The position numbers were made by a program, and so were the translations under genes. Shown here in pieces: positions 9,276 through 16,032 of a stretch of DNA of 32,000 bases. This DNA is from Microcystis aeruginosa NIES-2549 (GTDB lineage: Bacteria; Cyanobacteriota; Cyanobacteriia; Cyanobacteriales; Microcystaceae), in the NCBI RefSeq assembly GCF_000981785.2, contig NZ_CP011304.1:150001-182000 (forward strand). The letters are read 5' to 3'. The notes below the pieces were generated by a model that had not been told where the DNA came from, did no database searches, and saw only the letters and a program-made list of their open reading frames with translations. Position 1 is the stretch's first letter. Every line of letters starts with the position of its first letter.

Positions 9276-9665
9276 ATGAGCAATAACTACGAAACTCTTT
9301 ACATTCTCCGTCCCGATTTAGGGGAAGAAGTCGTTCAGCAACAAGTGGAACGTTATCGGACTCTGATTACCGAACACAGCGCCACAGACATTGAAGTTAA
9401 GGTGTGGGGTAAAAAACGTCTGGCCTATCCCATCAAAAAACTCAATGATGGTGTCTATGTGCAGATGAATTATCAGGCCAGCGGCAAACAAGTCGCTCCC
9501 ATGGAACGGGCCATGCGTTTAAGTGATGAGGTTATTCGTTATTTAACCCTAAAACTCGATCGCGTGATGCCCCCCCCTGCCGATTTATCTCCCTTAACGG
9601 AAATTCCCCCCTCTCCTATCACCGAAGCGGTGGTGGAAGAGGACGGCATCTCCGCGGAAGATTAA
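9276..9665 (+). CDS. rpsF: 30S ribosomal protein S6
   Basis: The N-terminus [11 protein letters not shown] and [10 protein letters not shown] are canonical bS6 sequences. Confidence 0.92.
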   Translation: MSNNYETLYILRPDLGEEVVQQQVERYRTLITEHSATDIEVKVWGKKRLAYPIKKLNDGVYVQMNYQASGKQVAPMERAMRLSDEVIRYLTLKLDRVMPPPADLSPLTEIPPSPITEAVVEEDGISAED

Positions 9666-9671
9666 TTATAG

Positions 9672-10412
9672 TCACAACTGTGTCGGATCAATGCCCAATT
9701 CGCGTAATCGGGCAAAAGCGCGATCGCGTTCTTGTTGTGCTTGGTTGCGTTCTTGTTGTGCTTGGTTGCGTTCTTGTTGTGCTTGGTTGCGTTCTTGTTG
9801 TGCTTGGTTGCGTTCTTGTTGTGCTTGGTTGCGCTCCTCAAAGAGGGTTTCAGGGTCTTTAAATCGTTCCCCATTGGGATAAAAGACCTCTAAACCCTCT
9901 TCAAACATCTCAAACCGAATCCCTAGGATTGGGGAAGTCCAGGGAAAATTCAAGGCCGTTACTGGGAAAAAATCCTCTTGCTGATTGGCCCGTACCAATC
10001 CCCAGAAATCATGGGAGTCTGGGTCATAGAAAAACATCTCTAATACCCCATACTCCCGATAGAAAGACTGCTTTTTGAGCATTTCCCTGGCACTATTGCT
10101 CGGAGAGAGGATTTCAAACACTACCTGGGGAGCAATATTGTCTTCTTCCCATTGTTTATAGCTGCCGCGCTCACCCGGTGGACGGCCGAAAACTACCATG
10201 GCATCGGGAGCTTGACGGGGAGCGGGGGGTACAGTTACCTGCTGGGGATACCAGAGCAAATCTCCGGCAACAAAGACGGTTTGCTCTTTAAATAAATACT
10301 TGAGATTGGCAACCAAGCGAACAATCCAGCGATATTGAACTGTGTTGTCGGCCATAGGTTTACCGTCGGAATCAGGATAGAAAAGTTGGGGTTCGATGGG
10401 TGCTTGAACCAT
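9672..10412 (-). CDS. Uma2 family (DUF820) PD-(D/E)xK-like endonuclease with a C-terminal ERNQAQQ x5 heptad array
   Basis: YPDSDGKPMADN, FVAGDLLWY, PDAMVV and VVFEILSPSN match the Uma2 pattern. Its stop is only 6 bp from the rpsF stop, in convergent orientation. Confidence 0.88.
   Translation of the reverse strand: MVQAPIEPQLFYPDSDGKPMADNTVQYRWIVRLVANLKYLFKEQTVFVAGDLLWYPQQVTVPPAPRQAPDAMVVFGRPPGERGSYKQWEEDNIAPQVVFEILSPSNSAREMLKKQSFYREYGVLEMFFYDPDSHDFWGLVRANQQEDFFPVTALNFPWTSPILGIRFEMFEEGLEVFYPNGERFKDPETLFEERNQAQQERNQAQQERNQAQQERNQAQQERNQAQQERDRAFARLRELGIDPTQL
9728..9832. repeat. Perfect 21-bp tandem repeat x5 (gttcttgttgtgcttggttgc), in frame inside the Uma2 gene
   Basis: Five identical units counted directly. 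They encode ERNQAQQ on the minus strand. Confidence 0.97.
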
Positions 10413-10533
10413 GCTTTATCTCTTGCGATCGCATTTTTGCCTAACTTTATTGTATCATCGCAAATCCTCGGATTGAAACCCTGTCCTTTTAGGACGGCTC
10501 GGCCTTAGACCTCTTGTCAAAGTTGTATAAGTA

Positions 10534-10748
10534 GGGTCTGCTGAAAAAGTTTGTTGGTGGGGGCAGGGTGTGGGGTGTGGGGTGTGGGGTGTAGGGTTTT
10601 ACCGATTTTGAGGTAGTCAGTTACCTAATTTTCAGGGAAAAAGTACCTGAATTTTACCCCCGATCCCTCCAATGGTCGGCACTTTTTGAGGTCAAAAAAG
10701 TCTAAAAGCCTTATCCAACAAGGTTTTTAGATTTATTCAGCAAGCCCT
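10534..10748. mobile_element. MITE, family A (TIR gggtctgctgaa / ttcagcaagccc) with a 6-bp TSD taagta
   Basis: 12-bp imperfect TIRs. The direct repeat taagta sits at 10528-10533 and 10749-10754. Internal GGGTGTG x4 heptamer array at 10566-10593. Same family as 19930-20169. Confidence 0.75.
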
Positions 10749-10900
10749 AAGTAGGGCGTGTTACGCTGTCGCTAATACACCTTTATAAGCAACTTAGAGT
10801 ATTTTTAAGATTTCATGAATTTAACGGCAAGGGCTTGACATATATAAACAAAAATGCTAGCATAGCGACGGCGAAGCCATCTTTTAGGAGGCATTTGGTT

Positions 10901-11611
10901 ATGGTATTAGCAAAACTAATTGATTTTCGGGTTGTCGGTAAGAATAGGCTATCAAAAATAGCGAGCGCTTCCTCTGCCATTGCTTTTAGCACTCTAGCAA
11001 TATCACCAGTTCAAGCTGCTCAGCTAATTATTCCCAACACAACTGTTTTCGGGAATAATGTTTTGTTGGGGCCAAGTTTCACGGTTTCTCAAAACTTTTC
11101 CCCGTTAGACACCTTAAGTGTTAATGTTTCTGGAACAGTATATCTCGCTCCTGGAACATTGGCTATGAATGCTGCGGGTATTATTACCCAAACAACAGAT
11201 CCAGAAAATGTGGGACAAACTATCACCTCATTTACCGGGTTAACACCAATACTTCCAGGTAAACCCTTTGGTTCTCTACTCATTGGTAATAACACACTGG
11301 GATTTTTTCCTCTATTCTCAGCCAATGCAGCCAATGGTTTCGGTAGTTCCACTCCACCAACAAATTTATCATTGTCTGGTGTGGCTTTATCCAGTATCTT
11401 TACAAATGTAGGCTTTACGGGTATTACTGCTGGCACTGTTCTTGAGTTTCGTGTTAATGATGGGACTGATGCTTGGGAAGATAATAGCGGTCAATTTTTC
11501 ATTACCTCAACCCCTGAACCTAGCACAATTTTAGGCTTAGGTGTATTGGGATTTGGTGCTTTCTGCCAGCGCAGACTATCTCAAGAAAAGAAGTCAAAAC
11601 AGGACAATTGA
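10901..11611 (+). CDS. PEP-CTERM sorting-domain protein
   Basis: C-terminal TPEPSTILGLGVLGFGAFCQRR (PEP motif, TM segment, basic tail). N-terminal signal-like region. AGGAGG lies 8 nt upstream of the ATG at 10901. Confidence 0.85.
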   Translation: MVLAKLIDFRVVGKNRLSKIASASSAIAFSTLAISPVQAAQLIIPNTTVFGNNVLLGPSFTVSQNFSPLDTLSVNVSGTVYLAPGTLAMNAAGIITQTTDPENVGQTITSFTGLTPILPGKPFGSLLIGNNTLGFFPLFSANAANGFGSSTPPTNLSLSGVALSSIFTNVGFTGITAGTVLEFRVNDGTDAWEDNSGQFFITSTPEPSTILGLGVLGFGAFCQRRLSQEKKSKQDN

Positions 11612-11640
11612 GTTGAGAACTGTAGGATTTATCCCCCCTT

Positions 11641-11689
11641 GATACCCCCTTAATATTCCCTTAATAAGGGGGGTATCTGACAGTTTTTA
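11641..11689 (+). terminator. 13-bp perfect hairpin (gatacccccctta / taaggggggtatc) followed by tgacagttttt; part of a repeat also seen at 15417-15476
   Basis: Stem arms at 11641-11653 and 11666-11678. It starts 30 bp downstream of the PEP-CTERM stop. A decayed copy lies next to the DUF29 stop. Confidence 0.45.
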
Positions 11690-11699
11690 ACACCTACCT

Positions 11700-11793
11700 A
11701 TAGTCATTTCAATTAAGATTGAGAATATCAATCCGAGATTTCATAAGGGTTTTGTCGGCCTAGACTGTATCAGACTTATCTGAAATGACTATA
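11700..11793. mobile_element. 94-bp miniature element with 13-bp perfect terminal inverted repeats (tatagtcatttca / tgaaatgactata)
   Basis: The TIRs were read directly. The outer TA dinucleotides could be a TA target-site duplication. The right end abuts the start of duplication copy B. Confidence 0.6.
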
Positions 11794-11986
11794 TCAGGCC
11801 AGCGGCAAACAAGTCGCCCCCATGGAACGGGCCATGGGTTTAAGTGATGAGGTTATTCGTTATTTAACCCTAAAACTCGATCGCGTGATGCCCCCCCCTG
11901 CCGATTTATCTCCCTTAACGGAAATTCCGCCCTCTCCTATCACCGAAGCGGTGGTGGAAGATGACGGTATCTCCGCTGAAGATTAA
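11792..11986 (+). pseudogene. rpsF 3' fragment (codons ~66-129 only), a duplicated remnant
   Basis: Matches 9471-9665 with about 6 substitutions. It has no start codon and no 5' half. Confidence 0.9.
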
Positions 11987-11992
11987 TTATAG

Positions 11993-12670
11993 TCACAACT
12001 GTGTCGGATCAATGCCCAATTCGCGTAATCGGGCAAAAGCGAGGTCACGTTCTTGTTGTGCTTGGTTGCGCTCTTGTTGTGCTTGGTTGCGTTCCTCAAA
12101 GAGGGTTTCAGGGTCTTTAAATCGTTCCCCATCGGGATAAAAGACCTCTAAACCCTCTTCAAACATCTCAAACCGAATCCCTAGGATTGGGGAAGTCCAG
12201 GGAAAATTCAAGGCCGTTACTGGGAAAAAATCCTCTTGCTGATTGGCCCGTACCAATCCCCAGAAATCATGGGAGTCCGGGTCATAGAAAAACATCTCTA
12301 ATACCCCATACTCCCGATAGAAAGACTGCTTTTTGAGCATTTCCCTGGCACTATTGCTCGGAGAGAGGATTTCAAACACTACCTGGGGAGCAATATTGTC
12401 TTCTTCCCATTGTTTATAGCTGCCGCGCTCACCCGGTGGACGGCCGAAAACTACCATGGCATCGGGAGCTTGACGGGGAGCGGGGGGTACAGTTACCTGC
12501 TGGGGATACCAGAGCAAATCTCCGGCAACAAAGACGGTTTGCCCTTTAAATAAATACTTGAGATTGGCAACCAAGCGAACAATCCAGCGATATTGAACTG
12601 TGTTGTCGGCCATGGGTTTACCGTCGGAGTCAGGATAGAAAAGTTGGGGTTCGATGGGTGCTTGAACCAT
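11993..12670 (-). CDS. Uma2 family endonuclease, paralog with only 2 heptad units
   Basis: Identical to the 9672-10412 product except for E/G, N/D and R/L substitutions and three fewer ERNQAQQ units. Confidence 0.85.
   Translation of the reverse strand: MVQAPIEPQLFYPDSDGKPMADNTVQYRWIVRLVANLKYLFKGQTVFVAGDLLWYPQQVTVPPAPRQAPDAMVVFGRPPGERGSYKQWEEDNIAPQVVFEILSPSNSAREMLKKQSFYREYGVLEMFFYDPDSHDFWGLVRANQQEDFFPVTALNFPWTSPILGIRFEMFEEGLEVFYPDGERFKDPETLFEERNQAQQERNQAQQERDLAFARLRELGIDPTQL
12049..12090. repeat. 21-bp tandem repeat x2 (the short allele of the VNTR)
   Basis: Units at 12049-12069 and 12070-12090. The second unit carries one substitution. Confidence 0.95.
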
Positions 12671-12914
12671 GCTTTATCTCTTGCGATCGCATTTTTGCCT
12701 AACTTTATTGTATCATCGCAAATCCTCGGTTTAAAACCCCGTCCTTTTAGGACGGCTTTAAGCTACAATGGAAAAAGCGATAACCAAGCTAAAAACTGAA
12801 CCTTGACCACAGATAGTAGGGGGTTTCGTTCAGAAAAGAATTCAAATTCGGCCTTGAACGAGTAAAACTTTCTAGGAAATAAGGTTGAACAGGAAATTTT
12901 TTCGACTTGTTCAA

Positions 12915-13150
12915 AGTGGCCGTCCGGCATTCGGACAATCAAAACGGACGGGTCGGAAAGCGTAAGACTACCGCTAAGGTAGCAGTATCCTGTGAAGCGT
13001 CAACCGTTCGGCTGCGCTCACGGCCGAAGCCCCATTCAACGACCATCCTAAAAAGGTGGCGTGGTGAGGAATCACCGCTCGTTTACGTCGGTGAGGATGT
13101 CAATGGATATTTTAATACAAATGCTCAGACTCCCCACTCCCGTCTCTAGA
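12915..13150 (+). ncRNA. Candidate structured RNA or mobile-element end (GC-rich, multi-hairpin, non-coding-looking)
   Basis: Stems at 12920-12926/12945-12951 (7 bp), 12968-12972/12978-12982, 13007-13012/13023-13028 (or the ggccgaagcc mini-hairpin), and 13063-13067/13072-13076 with a GGAA loop. A terminator follows on the + strand. The only ORF here is an Arg/Lys-rich TTG-start artefact. The class is unknown. Confidence 0.3.
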
Positions 13151-13154
13151 CAAG

Positions 13155-13192
13155 AAAAAATGCGTTAAGTTTGACTTTAACGCTTATTTTTT
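13155..13192. terminator. Bidirectional rho-independent terminator
   Basis: Stem gcgttaa (13162-13168) pairs with ttaacgc (13177-13183). It is flanked by A6 upstream and ttatttttt downstream, so there is a U-tract on both strands. Confidence 0.7.
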
Positions 13193-13219
13193 CCATTATT
13201 TTTGCTCTAATGGCAGTGA

Positions 13220-13933
13220 CTAGCTCTTGCGGCGAGCAAAAGCGCCAATACCAGCAACAGCTAAGATACCCAAGATAGCAGAAGGTTCGGGAACACTTGT
13301 TGATGCAAAAGCGGGAGGTGTACCGAAGGTGAAAACACTACTACCTTGACCCACACCAGAAGAAGCAATCGATAGACTGACTGTGGCAGCAGAAGTTGAG
13401 AAGGTGCCGCCACTATCTGCGAAAGTTCCCAAAAAAGCAATATTTAAACCAGTGTCATTCTGGCTGGTGATTGTACCAGAACTAGCAGTGAAAGTGTAGC
13501 GGTTTTCAGGGCTTGTACCAGCAGCGAAGCTCGTGGAAGCGAAGATAAGGTTGACGCCTTCAGTGGTATTACCCACACCAGCGCCACTGAAATCTAGAAC
13601 CGGACCACCGCCGGTAAATGTCACGAAGAACCCCGCCCCCTCAACAAAAGTAGTTCCAGCCGGACCAGTGTTGAAGTCGTTAGCAGCGAGGGTGCCGCCG
13701 AAAGGGGTATAGGTATTGGGAACGCTAGTCACGAATCCTGTTAACGCGTTAAAGCTGATGGAGGTAGCTGTACTGAGATTACCAGTGAACGTTACACCGC
13801 CCATCGTGTTACCACCAAAGGTGGCATTAGGAGCAGTCTGAGCCTGAGCGATACCGCCGAAGCCGAAAGCTGCAACGCTGCCAGCGATGGCAAGAACGCC
13901 CGTGGTTAATTGTCTAGAGATGTTTGTGATCAT
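13220..13933 (-). CDS. PEP-CTERM sorting-domain protein (Gly/Thr/Ser/Ala-rich)
   Basis: C-terminal VPEPSAILGILAVAGIGAFARRKS. N-terminal signal peptide ending AQAQT. Confidence 0.88.
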   Translation of the reverse strand: MITNISRQLTTGVLAIAGSVAAFGFGGIAQAQTAPNATFGGNTMGGVTFTGNLSTATSISFNALTGFVTSVPNTYTPFGGTLAANDFNTGPAGTTFVEGAGFFVTFTGGGPVLDFSGAGVGNTTEGVNLIFASTSFAAGTSPENRYTFTASSGTITSQNDTGLNIAFLGTFADSGGTFSTSAATVSLSIASSGVGQGSSVFTFGTPPAFASTSVPEPSAILGILAVAGIGAFARRKS

Positions 13934-13985
13934 TTTGATTTCTAGTTAGTAATAGGGCAGAAGTTGAAAAACAGAGATGGCCGAT

Positions 13986-15040
13986 TCAAGTCTGAATTGC
14001 ATCACTGTCTGATCTACCCTCATAGAATACCTCATTGGGGGTAGGATAGTCAAGACATTTTCGAGGACGATTGTTAATCAAGTTTACGGCTTTTTCCACC
14101 TGCTCTGGCTTAACAATTTTAAAATTCGTTCCCTTGGGGAAAAATTGTCTCAATAGTCCATTGGTATGCTCGTTTAATCCCCTCTCCCACGAATGATAAG
14201 GAGTAGCAAAATAAAAATCTGCTCCTAGTTTCTGACTCAACTCTTGATGTCCACAAAATTCTTTGCCGTTGTCACAAGTAAAGGTTTTTCTTTTGTCAGG
14301 GTGAATCTCTTGAAAAAGTTTTTCGGTGACAAGGGTTGATTTCCGATGCGGTTTTGTTTTTGGCTAATCCTGCTACTAAAAATTTCGAGGCTTTCTCCAT
14401 ATATGTAACGAGAACTCCTAGATGATTGCCTCCAATCATTGTGTCACTTTCCCAATGACCGATTTCGGTTTTCTGGTCAGCAATTGCTGGTCGCTCGCTG
14501 ATATCTACACGCCCTGGAATCACTCCACGCTTACTTTTTGCTCCATTTCGACTCTTTCTTTTTCCTCGTCCAGCCGCGTAGGTATTCTTGATATTTTCCA
14601 CAGTCAAGGGTAGTTTTGTTGTTCGGGACTATGATAATCTTTTAATCATTTTTTCACAAACTCTAAGGCCGACTCACTGACATTTTTAAAGGGTTGTTTG
14701 GCATTTTTTCGCCTTGTCTCGCTTTCAGCTTGTGCTGTGTCAGGTAGATAAGGACCTAAGCAAAATTAATTACACATATCTAACCACCTCTTGCCTCTTG
14801 CCCCTTGCCTCTTGCCTATCTTCACTAGGAAATTAATTTTGCACGACTACTTAGCAGCCGAGGGAACTTTGATTCCTTCTTAATTCTCGTGATATCGTGC
14901 TTTGATGACATCCGAGCCAGACGGCCATTTGCCGTTGAGATAAATTTCTCTCCTGACTAAGTTGGTAGAGCAAGTTTCTTTGTTCTATGTTAAGATGTTT
15001 TCGGCTCGTTTTTGGGTCTGATTTGTTTTTGTTAATGATA
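13986..15040 (-). pseudogene. IS30-family DDE transposase, disrupted by frameshifts, stops and a nested repeat
   Basis: HTH fragment KHLNIEQRNLLYQLSQERNLSQRQMAVWLGCHQSTISRELRRN (~15020-14870). Catalytic fragments GHWESDTMIGG... (14296-14607) and DNGKEF...YFATPYHSWERGLNEHTNGLLRQFFPKGT...NNRPRK (13986-~14330) are in different frames. Confidence 0.8.
14755..14864. mobile_element. ~110-bp MITE-like module nested inside the IS30 transposase gene
   Basis: Reverse complement of the module at 1917-2015 (ctaagtagtcgtgcaaaatWaatttcctagtgaagataggcaa[heptamers]...atgtgtaattaattttgcttaggt). The heptamer units differ between copies (AGGCAAG/G here versus ATAGGCA there). Confidence 0.7.
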
Positions 15041-15481
15041 AGACAGTACCTGATGAGCCTTTCTTTGTCAACTCTTGAGGTTGATGCGTTTCATTTTTGA
15101 ATTGGCGAGAGATTGCACACTAACGGACTTAAAAAAATTGCTCGTAAAATATCACTATTGCAATTAGCCTTGACGAATTTGAATACAGTATTAGGAGCAG
15201 GAAGCAATCGCAACAATGTCATTTACTTCGACCATAATAAGTACCTATCTAAAGACTTATGTGATTTCATTCGGTCAAGGAAGTGTTTATGCTCACAGGT
15301 AAACTGTGAGCTAGATCATTAAACCTCGACCTAATAAGTTAAGCTGCCCACGCATTTAAATTACTTGTTGATAAGTAGCTGGTTATAATTAAATTAAAAA
15401 TGAATTTTGCCTTTAATCCCCCCTTGATCCCCCCTTAATAAGGGTGGTGTCTGACAACTTTTAACGCCTACCTACTTAGTA

Positions 15482-15880
15482 TTAATCTGGTAGATATTCA
15501 GGATCGAGGATATCAGTTTTGGCAAAAGGACAGACATCAGGAAAAGTTTTTTTATCTAACCCTGTTTCTCTAGCGGCAAGTAGGCAAGCATTTCGATAAC
15601 ACTTATCAAAAACTTCCTCAAAATATACCTTGAGACTGGGGCTATCTTCAAAAACGTCCAACAATCTCAAACATTGTTCGGTGATAGAATACTGCCAACT
15701 ATGAGAACGTTTAGAGGGTTGATACTTCCATTTAAGCAGGTGAAGCAATAGCTTTTCTAAATTACTTTTCAAAGCCTTTTTATCACTCCTACCCATTGCC
15801 TCAATTTCCTCAATCAGATTTTCTAAATCGAGGTACTCCCACTTACCTTCTTTAAGTAGGTTAAGTAGGTAGGCACAATT
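15482..15880 (-). pseudogene. DUF29 domain protein, 5'-truncated
   Basis: DUF29-like sequence LKEGKWEYLDLENLIEEIEAMGRSDKKALKSNLEKLLLHLLKWKYQP... The in-frame homology continues upstream of the first ATG (15796) to ~15880, where it runs into a repeat with no start codon. Confidence 0.6.
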
Positions 15881-15884
15881 ATTT

Positions 15885-15950
15885 GTAGGATGGGTTAGCG
15901 GTAGCGTAACATAATCGGGCGTTGGGTTTCATGCTTCAACCCAACCTACG
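15885..15950. repeat. Short dispersed-repeat-like hairpin element (gttgggtt-N9-aacccaac)
   Basis: 8-bp perfect stem at 15921-15928 / 15938-15945. From memory it resembles common cyanobacterial small repeats. It replaces the DUF29 5' end. Confidence 0.45.
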
Positions 15951-16032
15951 TTCTGAGAGGATTGTGACTGGGAATCTTATAATTTTCGTGGGATAGGTTT
16001 GCCATCCATCCTAGCTAATGATAGTTTGCCGA

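Larger units (their letters stand above)
9471..10499. repeat. Segmental duplication, copy A (rpsF 3' end, Uma2 gene and 87 bp beyond it)
   Basis: Aligns base for base with 11792-12757 apart from scattered substitutions and a 63-bp (3 x 21) length difference in the VNTR. Confidence 0.95.
11792..12757. repeat. Segmental duplication, copy B
   Basis: See copy A. It is 966 bp versus 1029 bp. Confidence 0.95.
13982..15106 (-). mobile_element. IS30-family insertion sequence, decayed
   Basis: Imperfect terminal IRs gccgattcaagtctgaattgcatca (13982-14006) and the reverse complement of 15082-15106, matching at 19 of 25 positions. Transposase fragments lie in between. Confidence 0.75.

Noticed and set aside
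8339-9283. Long N-terminal extensions of several ORFs (FAH to 9283, phosphatase to 7517, lipid kinase from 20195, DUF92 to 23019, response regulator from 27972, PEP-CTERM from 10835)
   Set aside because: Family homology begins at internal ATGs. The extensions overlap neighbouring genes or repeat modules or use TTG starts, so I report the shorter coordinates.
9728-9832. Possible CRISPR array, suggested by the regular 21-bp periodicity
   Set aside because: The units are directly adjacent with no spacers. They lie in frame inside a CDS, and no cas genes are present. This is a tandem repeat, not a CRISPR.
9662-9882. ORFs 9662-9874 (-), 9680-9862 (+) and 9691-9882 (+) with repetitive peptides (ATKHNKN, LVVLGCV, SCCAWLR)
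   Set aside because: These are alternative-frame readings of the 21-bp VNTR inside the well-supported Uma2 gene. They have no independent support.
12907-13149. 80-aa ORF as a protein-coding gene
   Set aside because: It has a TTG start, no RBS and an Arg/Lys/Ser-rich low-complexity translation. It coincides with stacked hairpins. I treat the region as a structured RNA or element end instead.
14296-14345. Programmed ribosomal frameshift in the IS30 transposase
   Set aside because: To my knowledge IS30-family transposases are single-ORF enzymes. This copy also has an in-frame stop, a missing start and a nested MITE, so decay is the simpler explanation.
15113-15322. 69-aa TTG-start ORF between the IS30 end and DUF29
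   Set aside because: It has no RBS, no motif and AT-rich low-information sequence, so a gene call is not supportable.
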